DNA from: Macrostomum lignano
Lineage: Eukaryota
NCBI GenBank assembly: GCA_002269645.1
Contig: NIVC01000700.1
Location: 124,001 to 188,000, forward strand
DNA length: 64,000 nt
Reading direction: 5' to 3'
Shown: positions 12,184 to 37,181 of the stretch, piece by piece
How the letters are laid out: each line of letters starts with the position of its first letter
Numbering within the stretch: position 1 is the first letter of the stretch
Notes under the pieces: model-generated
Seen by the model: the letters and a program-made list of their open reading frames with translations, nothing else
What the model was told of the DNA's origin: nothing
The model's database searches: none
Position numbers and translations under genes: made by a program

Positions 12184-15100
12184 ATGTCAATGTCATCTGA
12201 TAATTTTAATGAGATGGCATATACTGATCGCTACATTCAGTATGTTGCTCAAGGAGTTGGTTTTATTGCTGGAGTTGGTAAGTATTTTAAATATTTTGAA
12301 ATTTGTAAATAATGGATACTTAATGCCTTATATATATTTGTCACTAAAATAACTAGTTCCTTGTTTAGACCAATGTCTATTAAAGTGAATTCAAATTAAT
12401 CAAGATTGAATATTTTGCAGTTTTATTTTATTCATTTTTGCATCTAAACATTAAGTAAGACATTAAAGAAATCAATATTTTTTATATCCATTATAAATTA
12501 TTACTATGAAGGATAATATGAGTTTTTATTAATTAAGTTATAATAGACTTTTGCTTAGAGTTCCTAGTCTTATCCTCCTCTTTTCTTGGCCTATAAATTC
12601 TAACTATCTCACTAGCAAACAGATAAATAGCCTATTTTTGGAGTAAATGAACTCTTGGCTCCTTGGGCTAAAAATATTATTAACCTTCAAAAGGTTAGGC
12701 CACAATAATTGAAAATTCATCATGGTATAAGAAATACATAGAAAAATAATTGTAGGGTCTATTCAGTGGTGTAGCCAGGAATTTCAATTGGGGAGGGGGC
12801 TGGGTTAGTCTAGCTAGCCATGCTTTATGCCATTGCCACTTTTGGCGCTATAGGCACTCATTTTAGTGCCACAGGCACTCATTTCGGCACTGCAGGCACT
12901 CATTTTAGTACTGCAGGCACTCAATTGCCTCATGGTTTTTAGGTACCTACCATGCCCAACCCCACCCCTAGGTGATTGGGAAGGGCTGTGGCCCTCCTGC
13001 CCCCCTCCCTGTGGCCCTCCTGCCCCCCCCCTGGCTACGCCACTGGGTCTATTAGATCCCAAAATTTGATTTGAAGATTAATCACACTTTCTTAGTTACA
13101 AAGTCTTTTAAGAAAATAATAAATCTGCTTTGCATCCTATAACTGTTTTACTTTTATTAGATCAAAGCCAAACTTTTACTGGGAGCCTAATTTCTTTATT
13201 AACTTACAAACCAAGTAACAAAAAAATAATGCCATTATGCCATTATATGCTCATATTTTTTATAAGCTTTCAATAGCTTTCTATTTCCTTTGGTAAACAC
13301 CCTAGAATAGTATCCTAATCAGAATAAAAGTACTTAAAATTAGTAATCAATACAAATGTTTGAAACAAACCCAATAGCATAGCACAATCAACAGCTTATT
13401 TACTATTTGATACTTTTATTCAATATTAAAAAAAACTAAAACCACATATTCAATATTCAAAATAGATCAAATCTAAGAGGTGTTTAAGTTGATACTTTTT
13501 TGTACATTTTTAATTGACTAGGCCTAAGCAATAGCAAGAATGATGATCAGTATCTACCAAAGTTTTTGAATACTTTTTGGTCAAATTGCTAATGAATAGA
13601 CTTATTGGTAAATTCTAGACTATGTACTAATCTCTTTATCCTTGACTCGACTTTCTTCCCATGTTCATGCTCTTATCGACATTGTCATTTATACTGTCAT
13701 GATTTCATTGTCTGATTAAGCCATTTGAACTCTTGAATCTTTTGTTATAGTTTCATTCAGCCTGGGCATCCTGAACTGCCTGACTCTGAAGTCAGCCTGC
13801 TTTGCCGCTGGCACTATCCTTAGGTAAGTACATATTGCTGGCTTTATTTGAATTAATTAAACCTACAATCAGTAAATATAATTGTCACACCGCAGCATCA
13901 TTGGCACCATCCTCATTGTGCTGGAGGCGCCTCTCTGCTGCATTGGTTTGGCCTGCACCAATCGGGTTTACGAATTCTCGCAGCGATTCTCCTACCTACT
14001 GCGCGCTGTGGTCTACTTTGTGTGAGCTGGGAATGTGTCTTCAGTGCTTTTCTTTCTGCTTCTAATTTGCTAATAGTTTGGATTCACTCATCAGTAAAAA
14101 ATTCAAAGTCAAATGCTGCACCAACATCTCTACAAAGGGGGGGGGGCGTAGCCCAGTGGTCCAGCACGGCGCTCTGATGTGCCAGCGGCCCAGGCTCGAT
14201 TCCCAGTGCAGCCCACATTAATTTGGGGCTGAATTGGAATCTCGGCTTGGCTCTGCTCGGGCAATTAACGCCATTGCGGGCCAACACCCAAGGCACAGTG
14301 AAGTGTACATGCCTAAGGATGATTGATGAATAAAGTTAAGGGCCGCTGTACACTCCTGTGTGAGTGTGTGCCTGCGCGTGTGACTGCGTACTTATTCGCG
14401 CGCGCTTGTGTGCCTGCTCAGGGAAGTCGGCGGAATATGCAGTAATGCCTCTTGCCGGTTGTGTGACAATGTCGCTTAAAGTGCACTAGGGTGCACTAAA
14501 GGGCACCCTTGCCTCTAACTCTAACGAAAAAATCACAACCATGCCCTTTACACTGCTGGGCCTCTCTGGTCTACCGAAGTTGCAGAACGTCTGTGACTTC
14601 TAAGAATGATTGAATTCTTGAAATCCAAATAATTATAAAACCATCGCTACATTAAAGAATAGAAATTATTCTTAAAATGTAATCCAGCTTAGATTCAGGA
14701 TGCCAAAATTATTGTTGTCTCTCGCTCGCTATGACGCAATAACCCTAGGACTTAGGATGTTTCATTATAAAACTAGAGCTTCAGGAACTTAAATTCATGA
14801 TTTTTAAGAATCTTTAATATACTCGTAGAGTTTCTTTTTTTTAATTGTCGGCCACGATGTAAAAGTCAATAATTTTGGCTCAAAAGTCATGACTAGGATG
14901 AATTAACCAGTACAGGGAAAAATTGGCACGAACAAACAAAATTGCCAATCGCTTCGCCGCAGCGCCGCCGTGGTGCCCCTGCTGCTCTGTCTGCTGTCGC
15001 CCACCGTGTGGCTCGGCGCCGCCCCTGTAGCCACCTGCGGCGTCCTATACGGTGTGCGCGCCTTCCGCCGCGACCAGTGAGTTTCAAACCAGTAGCTTAT

Positions 15101-15899
15101 GCATTGGATTCTGCCTCAGACAGTAAAGCCATCGGTGACGCGGTTGCTAGGCGTCGGGAAAGTTTTAGGAAATTATGATTTTCTAGGAATGTAGAGTTTC
15201 GGAGAATGGGGGTTGTTTTGTTACAATGACTGGTTTCTAGGAAATTATGATTTTCTAGGAATGTAGAGTTTCGGAGAATGGGGGTTATTTTGTTACAATG
15301 ACTGGTTTCTAGGAAATTATGATTTTCATGGAATGGGCATGGGAACTTTTGAGAAGTTTAGAGTTTAAGAAAGCAAAATTTTTCAGGGAGATTTTATATG
15401 ATCTAGTTATTAGAAGTTTCTTGGAAATTGGGAGTTTTTGGAAGTAGGGAGCTTCGGGGAATGGGGAGTTTTGGGGAATAGGGAGGTTTGGGTAATGGGG
15501 AGGTTTGGGTAATGGGGAGGTTTGGGTAATGGGGAGGTTTGGGTAATGGAAGGTTTTGGTGATGGGGAGTTTTGGGTAATGGGGATTTTTAGGTAATGGG
15601 GAGTTTTGGGTAATGGGGAGTTTTGGGTAATGGGGAGGCTTGGGTAATGGGGATTTTTAGGTAATGGAGATTTTTGAGTAATGGAGAGGTTTAAGTAAGA
15701 GAGGTTTGGGTAATGGGGAGTTTTAGAGAATATTGAGTTTGGGGAATATTAAGTTTTGGGAATGGGGAGATTCTTTTCTCACCATCTGTTTTTCTGCTCT
15801 GTCGACAGACGCGACCGCGGTTTCGAAGGAGACGCCGAGCCGGCCGGCGGAGAGCAGCCGGGCTCCAAGAGCAATTTGGTCACCGGCAGGGCCAAGTGA
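12184..15899 (+). CDS. CACFD1: Calcium channel Flower homolog (CACFD1/fwe family), 165 aa; exons 12184-12277, 13751-13823, 13896-14021, 14963-15076, 15809-15899
   Basis: All four introns are GT-AG with matching phases. The spliced protein contains GVVSFSLGILNCLT, LIVLEAPLCC, LRAVVYF, AVVPLLL and GVLYG, matching Flower family motifs as remembered from human CACFD1. Confidence 0.9.
12764..13045. mobile_element. hAT-type MITE (282 bp) in Flower intron 1
   Basis: TIRs CAGTGGTGTAGCCAGG / CCTGGCTACGCCACTG. Perfect 8-bp TSD GGTCTATT at 12756-12763 and 13046-13053. Confidence 0.92.
14137..14508 (+). mobile_element. tRNA-derived SINE (near full length) in Flower intron 3
   Basis: tRNA-like head with A box (GGCGTAGCCCAGTGG) and B box (GGCTCGATTCCC). 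The body recurs at 21549-21823. Confidence 0.8.
15170..15760. repeat. About 78-bp duplication followed by a 17-bp minisatellite (TTTGGGTAATGGGGAGG) in Flower intron 4
   Basis: Directly visible. Confidence 0.85.
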
Positions 15900-16004
15900 A
15901 ACTGAAGAGATGCGGGATGCCAGCTGCGCGAAATGGGACTTTGTAGCTTGACGCTGGGATCGGGTGGAAACACTCGATTGTCTTATTAAGGTTGCACTGA
16001 GTCT

Positions 16005-16868
16005 GAGACGGAAGCAGATCAGTCAGAGTGACGGAAGCAGATCAGTCAGAGTGACGGAAGCAGATCAGTGAGGTTGACGGAAGCAGATCAGTGAGAGTGA
16101 CGGAAGCAGATCAGTGAGAGTGACGGAAGCAGATCAGTCAGAGAGACCAGAGAGTGACGGAAGCAGATCAGTCAGAGTGACCAGTGAGAGTGACGGAAGC
16201 AGATCAGTCAGAGTGACCAGAGAGTGACGGAAGCAGATCAGTCAGAGTGACCAGTGAGAGTGACGGAAGCAGATCAGTCAGAGTGACCAGTGAGAGTGAT
16301 GGAAGCAGATCAGTCAGAGTGACGGAAGCAGATCAGTCAGAGTGACCAGTGAGAGTGACGGAAGCAGATCAGTGAGAGTGACGGAAATAAATCAGTGAGA
16401 GTGACGGAAGCAAATCAGTCAGTGACAGAAGCAGATCATTCATAGTGACCAGAGAGTGACAAGCAGATCAGTCAGAGTGACAGAAGCAGATCAGTGAGAG
16501 TGATGGAAGCAAATCAGTCAGAGTGACCAGAGAGGGACGGAAGCAGATAAGTCAGAGTGACCAGTGAGAGTGACGGAAGCAGATCAGTCAGAGTGACCAG
16601 TGAGAGTGACGGAAGCAGATCAGTCAGAGTGACCAGTGAGAGTGACGGAAGCAGATCAGTCATAGTGACCAGAGAGTGACGGAAGCAAATCAGTGAGAGT
16701 GACAGAAGCAGATCAGTCATAGTGACCAGAGAGTGACGGAAACAGATCAGTCATAGTGACCAGAGAGTGACGGAAGCAAATCAGTGAGAGTGACAGAAGC
16801 AGATCAGTCATAGTGACCAGAGAGTGACGGAAGCAGATCAGTCATAGTGACCAGAGAGTGACGGAAAC
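16005..16868. repeat. Composite minisatellite (GTGACGGAAGCAGATCAGTCAGA core)
   Basis: Directly visible. Confidence 0.92.
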
Positions 16869-17549
16869 AGGAAACAGAACGGATTAAATTTGTGTGCTTA
16901 CAGTTTCAATTTGTTCCTGCCTATAGAGGATACACTCGTTAGTGACCCTAGTCAGTGAGCAGGATGTGGAAGTTTATTTTTGTCTTGCGTGGTGACGCAC
17001 GGATCGCCTGCTTGTTTTCGTTTCGGTTAGCTGGCTCAATACGAAAGTGAATTTGTGAGTGCGTGAGTGTGTATCCAATGCTTGGCAGTTCCTGTTCCAA
17101 GTCCTGGACACAGAGAAGACTCACAGTTGTATCATTCTCAACTTCGTCTTTTTTGGCTGTTGTGTCGTTTTCTGTTGCATTTCTGTCTGCAAATTTTACT
17201 TAGCTAAGTTAATAATTGTGCTGCTTGTGCTTTTATTCTGTTAAGTGTTTGCTAAATTTAACTTTTTTTTAAACCGCGTCTGGTCATTTTACTGTTCCCA
17301 AAGCTTTACTCGATATCATTTTATTAAACGTTGTTTTGTATTTTTTTCTATCCGGCATCGAGAACTTGTAGCTTGGATTTTGCTCTTGCTTTTTTCACCT
17401 GGATTTCACCATTGCTTTACAGAATTTCAGAATCTCAGAGCCCTTCATCGTACAATCAGAATTATTCGTCCCTGAATCCCAACTCTTCCCAGAAACCCAA
17501 ATTCCAAGACCTAAACCAAAACATTGATTTTATAGCTAGCAAAACATAG

Positions 17550-18505
17550 CTCCAATCCTACATCCCAGAATCCCAATCCTACATCCCAGAATCCCAATCC
17601 TACATCCCAGAATTCCGATCCTACATCCCGAAATCCCAATCCTACATCCCAGAATCCCAATCCTACATCCCAGAATCCCAATCCTACATCTCAGAATCCC
17701 AATCCTACATCCCAGAATCCTAATCCTGCATTCAAGAATCCCAATCCTACATCCCAGAATCCCAATCCTACATCCCAGAATCCCAATCCTACATCCCAGA
17801 ATTCCGATCCTACATCCCGAAATCCCAATCCTACATCCCAGAATCCCAATCCTACATCCCAGAATCCCAATCCTACATCTCAGAATCCCAATCCTACATC
17901 TCAGAATCCCAATCCTACATCCCAGAATCCTAATCCTGCATTCAAGAATCCCAATCCTACATCCCAGAATCCCAATCCTACATCTCAGAATCCCAATCCT
18001 ACATCCCAGAATCCCAATCCTACATCTCAGAATCCCAATCCTACATCCCAGAATCCCAATCCTACATCTCAGAATCCCAATCCTACATCCCAGAATCCCA
18101 ATCCTACATCTCAGAATCCCAATCCTACATCCCAGAATCCCAATCCTACATCCCAGAATCCTAATCCTGCATTCAAGAATCCCAATCCTACATCCCAGAA
18201 TCCCAATCCTACATCTCAGAATCCCAATCCTACATCCCAGAATCCCAATCCTACATCCCAGAATCCCAATCCTACATCTCAGAATCCCAATCCTACATCC
18301 CAGAATCCCAATCCTACATCCCAGAATCCTAATCCTGCATTCAAGAATCCCAATCCTACATCCCAGAATCCCAATCCTACATCTCAGAATCCCAATCCTA
18401 CATCCCAGAATCCCAATCCTACATCTCAGAATCCCAATCCTACATCCCAGAATCCCAATCCTACATCTCAGAATCCCAATCCTACATCCCAGAATTCCAA
18501 TCCTC
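17550..18505. repeat. 21-bp minisatellite (CCCAATCCTACATCCCAGAAT)
   Basis: Directly visible; it generates the spurious CRIGILG ORF. Confidence 0.95.
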
Positions 18506-18618
18506 CATTCCAAAAAACTATTTCTTATAGCTACAGATCCCAGTTCTCAAGCTGTGCCGCTCTGCATTTATAACTCAACACTCATCTCAGTGCCTAAACT
18601 GCGATTCTCCAGCTCGCA

Positions 18619-32233
<13,615 letters not shown>

Positions 32234-32234
32234 C

Positions 32235-32845
32235 GGTCACTTAGCAACTAACCAATTTTCCCTAGTAACAAGTAGTTTTCCGGAGCAACCAAGCAATTTT
32301 CTCTAGCAGCCAGAGGTTACCCCAGCAACCTGTGTTTCCTTGCAAGTAGTGGTTTTCCCTTAGCAACCAACCAAATTACCCCAGCAACCAACAAATTAAC
32401 CCTAGCAACCAACAAATTAACCCAGCAACCAACAAATTAACCCTAGCTTCCAACAAATTAACCCTAGCTTCCAACAAATTAACCCTAGCAACCAACCAAT
32501 TAACCCTGGCAACCAACAAATTAACCCAGCAACCAACAAATTAACCCTAGCTTCCAACAAATTAACCCTAGCAACCAACCAATTAACCCTGGCAACCAAC
32601 AAATTAACCCAGCAACCAACAAATTAACCCTAGCTTCCAAAAAATTAACCCTAGCAACCAACCAATTAACCCTGGCAACCAACAAATTAACCCAGCAACC
32701 ATCAAATTAACCCTAGCTACCAACCAGTTAACCCGAAAGCCCAATTTTCAGCAACCAACCAATTTTCATTAGCAACAGGCTGTTTACTTGTAAACCCGCA
32801 GATTCCCATAGCAACCAACCGATTGATTTTTGCCTTAGCAACCCA
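32235..32845. repeat. About 21-22-bp array (CCCTAGCAACCAACAAATTAA) directly after the TRAPPC11 stop codon
   Basis: Directly visible. Confidence 0.9.
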
Positions 32846-35117
32846 CTAACGCTCCCGAAAAGCCACCATTTGCAAACGTGTCGAACTCATTGCTAATTCA
32901 ACACCCTGCTGTGGCCAACCCCAATGCTGCCTGCTCTGTTGGGTGAGGCGCGCTCCTATCCGCATCAGAATCAACTTTAACCTGAATATTTTCTCTGTCA
33001 CAGGGCATTCCCCAATCTGTTGAATTGAATAATGCTTATTTTAAAATAGCGAAATTCGCTTCACTCTACTAACAGTAAGCTGTCTAGTAATGGCCAATAC
33101 TTCTCTTCCCTAGTTTATACAAGCGAACAAATAATATTCAATTCACGCTTTCCTGCAATGGCCTAATATAATGTATTCTTGATTAGCACTACCGTTATTA
33201 TAGATTGATTATATGCAGTTATTATCTGGATGTCCGTTTTATTAATCATTCTATATGCTTTCAACTGCTTTGTTCCATAGGCTGACTTGGAATGTTTATG
33301 TCAGCTTTGGCTCACTGTGTACATGTCAGTTAATGTATTAGTACACATAACAATAATACTAATGCGAGCAGTGTGATTGCTCGGCTCCTATTGCATGCGT
33401 TAAAGTTTTGACAAATCATATTGCCTGTTATTGTTCCTTAATCAATATAGTATATTGACATATTTTATTCTGATCTTAATAAACCTGCTTGCCAGTCCGG
33501 GTGTACAGAGTTGTGTCGCGCGCGCCGCCACAATCCGTTAATATTGCGCTCGGTTTAATTGAAAATCTCCTATTTTTCAGACCAATATTTTGTTATTATA
33601 TTCAACGCAGCAGTCGTGACTGTTTACTAATAAGTAGAAATTATGAAAATTTCCAGTTAAAATCATCTTACCATAAAAAATAAGTAATAAAGCTGGTTTT
33701 TAGATAGCTATAATACTAGCTATAATACTAGCTAATTTAATACATCGAGACTGGAGTCTGAAATCTTCTCAGAACTATTTTTCGAGTTCCAAGTTGAGAA
33801 GTTTGGTAGCTATTGGAATTTCTTAATCTAGTTTCCACTGGTAAGACCTAAACCAACTCACTTGAAAGTTCAAAGTTTGAAAGTTCAAGTGAGTTGTGGA
33901 GAATTTATTCATCTTTAAAATGGATCAGACTTGAAACAAATATGCATGCCTTGGCGTCTGGGCCGGCCGTCATCATGCAGTTAACATAACTTAATCAAGC
34001 GATTTCATTGTTGATCTAGATTGACTCATTTTGCTAATATAACATTAATATTACTTTTTGCGGGCATCAAGGTAGAATTGCCCTCACAAAATTCTACATT
34101 GATGCCCCGCAAAAAGTAATGTTTATATTATTATCATTAATGCAAGAGATTTCCAGACATCAATGTCGAAAATTCCGGGCTCTGTGTTATTACATAGAAT
34201 GCAGTTGAAATGTCTATGGCCATTCTTTCTTTTGATTTGCGAGCTCTGGGCCATAGACGAAGTTTTGATGGTCCAGGTCTAGAGATGGACAGTAAAACTG
34301 AAGGAGCTAGAAAAATGCTAAATGTATATTTTTCAAATCTGTCAGGACTAAGCTGTGCTTGAGTTCTGAAAATGATCAATCATTTAATTAATTATTCCAA
34401 TCTGCCGGGAGAAATGGTTTCCGGTATGTCGACCGAAGAGCTGGCGTGGGTATCATCCGAGTCGAACAGCCGGTATTTGGAGGAACTGAGCGAAGAATTT
34501 GCGCGCAAGATAGAATCAGAAGAGATTCTCGACATTCCGGAGGACGTGATGCAAGAGTTAAATCAGCTTGAATGAGATGGAATACCGGACTCCTCCGCCC
34601 GGCAGATGGAGGACAATAAAAACTGACACTATAAGTTTCCAAGTTAATCTTACCTCTTACCTCTCTGTTTTACTTCTTACTTAATTATCCTATTAAAAAC
34701 TATACTTCCTTGCTTCTGACAAAAAGGCTCTCTATAGAAGGCCATTCATCTAGGTTCCAGATCTCGATGACTCAGTTTTCCTCCCTCTTGTTGAAAATTG
34801 TCTATCACCACTTACAAGTGTTCGAGCTGCGTCATTCTACTTAAAGTAGAGTTATTTGCGCATTTAAATCGGTCACATTGTGTTCTTTTTTAACTGGATT
34901 GTTTCGAATTGAAAAAAGTTTATACAATGATTTATTTTAACAGAAAAAGCGAGAAGCCTTTCTAAAAGCAATTGGCTTGTTTCCTGCGATCTTTTCATAT
35001 TTAGTACCATTTGATAAGTCTTTTGATGCGAGACGGTCGACACTATGAAAACGAAGGCTTTTGATATGCATGTCGCTTAGTTACTTTATAAAAAAGTGTT
35101 TAAATTTAAAATACTTT

Positions 35118-35308
35118 ATCGCTTCTCGGCCTTATTGGCTAAGATCAAAGTGTAGTTTCTGTTCTTTAGAGATAATTCCTCTAACGTAGGCCATTGGTCT
35201 ACTAAGTAATTAATCCGGTTTTTGATGAGTCGGGCCAGTGCTTCGTGTTCACACGACCTGGTCCACGCGTAGGCCTTGCGCTGCAGTACAGCAAGGATCT
35301 GCGCATCT
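35118..35308 (+). ncRNA. U2: U2 snRNA, full-length reconstituted variant copy
   Basis: Starts ATCGCTTCTCGGCCTTATTGGCTAAGATCAAAGTGTAGT. Stem IIa TTAGAG/CTCTAA, stem IIb GTAGGCC/GGTCTAC, Sm-like GGTTTTTG, stem III, and stem IV CCTTGC/GCAAGG with a TGCAGTAC loop. Confidence 0.93.
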
Positions 35309-35707
35309 AAAAAAAAAAAAATAATGAAAGCGGAGGCATGGCAGTATCAAGGAGTACTGTACATGTATATAGCCATGTACAGTGGTCCTTTGGGTGGTAG
35401 GAAGAACGTAGAATACCGACGTCAGATGCAAAACTGACGCGGTCGACCTCCCTGTGCCTTCGCCTGATCGCCCGCGGTATCCACGCGCCCTTCTCTCTCG
35501 TTGCTCTTTGCTTCCCCTTTGACTTTTGCTCCTGTTTTCACCCGTCTACATCATACATTTTACATTTTATGTATCTATTTATCATTTATTTCATCCTCCT
35601 TTACCTTTTTAATCATTTCGACTCACTTTTCTATCCTATCCTTTCGTTTTCGCTTTTCTTTTACTTCTACTCTCGTTTTTATCCCCAGATATCCTTTTCC
35701 TCTAAAA

Positions 35708-37029
35708 TCTTGGTTCCAAGTCCGCCACGCCACCCGCGAAGTGCTCCACGCGACCGGGCTGCGCTTCACCATCAGCAACGACTGGACGGCCAGCCTGGAG
35801 TGGCGCGACCCGCTGTCCGGAACTATCCAGCGCTGTGACAGAGCGGCAGCAATCACCCGGAGGCTTCACCAGGTGGTCAGGGCAGCGCACACGGCGGCCT
35901 GGCGCGGGTGCCACTCCCAAGGCCGATTCGCCACGACTGCCACGCACATCGGCAGCCACACCTGGCTGTTCAGCAGCACCGGCATGCGCGCCTGCGACTG
36001 GCGCTTCATCCACCGAGCGCGGCTCAACCTGGTGCCCACCAACGCACTCCGGAGACTGGCCGACCCGACATCCGACCCGCGATGCCGCCGCTGCGGAGCC
36101 GGCGTCGAGACGCTCGGCCACGTCATCAACAGCTGCCCGGTGCACGCGGCCAGGTGGAGAGACCGCCACGACGGCATCGTCAACGCCGTCGCCACCGCCA
36201 TCAGCGAGGCCCGCCCAAACGCGACCATCACCACCGACCAGGAGGTCCTTCCCGGCTCTGATCTGCGACCTGACATCAGCATCATGGATCCAGACAGAGG
36301 CCGCCGCCTCCTGATCGAAGTCAAGTCGCCGTTCGAGGTCGGGCCGGCCACGTTCCCACGCAAGCACCGAGCCGTATGCCAGAAGTACGCCGGCATCACG
36401 CAGCAGCTCAGCGCAGAGGCGCCAACGGCCCTGGCCACGTTCTGCATCGGCTCGCTGGGTGCCTGGTCGCCCTTCAACAACGCCATCCTGCGCGCTGCAG
36501 GCCTGCGCGAGCGCGACATCCGGCACCTCCAACGACGACTGGCGCTGCACTGCATCCACTGGAGCCGCAACACGTGGGTGGAGCACTGCACCGGCGCACC
36601 TCAAATCCACTGATTTTGTGCCGAACTCTGCCAAACTCTGCTCATCTCAGCCCACCCTGTTACCTTTACTTTTACCTGTTTTATTTATCTTCCACTCTGC
36701 ATTTTTGTTTTACTTTGTTTTTCTTTAATATTTTACTTTTTACTGTCTCGAAGTTCATGCACTCTGTAAGCATTTTTCGCTGTGATTCCGCCTCTCGCGC
36801 CCATCCCCGCCGCCACCCCGTCTCCTGCGCCTTCACTTTTTCCCACTGTTTTAATTGCATTTACTTCAATGTTTTACTGTTTTACGCATCCTGCGAACCC
36901 GTTTTTAGCTACTTTCAGTAGCATCATCGGCTCTTGGCCAAATATTTCTGCTTATATCGCTTATTGTGTTTAATACTTAAATATATTGCCCGACCGTCGG
37001 ATACTCGGCCGACGGGCAGGGCCTTTCGC
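35708..37029 (+). mobile_element. 5'-truncated RLE-type non-LTR retrotransposon inserted in U2 (Utopia-like); ORF remnant to the stop at 36613 plus a 416-nt 3'UTR
   Basis: Contains WRFIHRARLN, CCHC knuckle CRRCGAGVETLGHVINSC, RHDGIV, and RLE nuclease RPDI...IEVKSPFE...KY. The 3' end abuts TCTGTTCTT of U2. There is no RT domain. Confidence 0.92.
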
Positions 37030-37181
37030 TCTGTTCTTTAGAGATTAATTCCTCTAACGTAGGCCATTGGTCTACTAAGTAATTAATCCGGTTTTTGATG
37101 AGTCGGGCCAGTGCTTCGTGTTCACACGACCTGGTCCACGCGTAGGCCTTGCGCTGCAGTACAGCAAGGATCTGCGCATCT
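37030..37181 (+). pseudogene. U2: 3' part of the interrupted U2 snRNA gene
   Basis: Near-identical to 35158-35308 and starts at TCTGTTCTT. Confidence 0.92.

Noticed and set aside
14137-14215. Functional tRNA gene
   Set aside because: The anticodon loop is non-canonical (6 nt) and the sequence continues into a body repeated at 21549, so it is called a SINE head.
35425-35495. HDV-like ribozyme in the linker downstream of U2 (as at R2 5' ends)
   Set aside because: ACCTCCCTGTGCC is only loosely similar to the L3/P3 motif, and the nested pseudoknot pairings could not be built by eye.
35702-36634. 310-aa and 241-aa antisense ORFs over the retroelement
   Set aside because: These are shadow ORFs of GC-rich coding sequence with no recognisable motifs.
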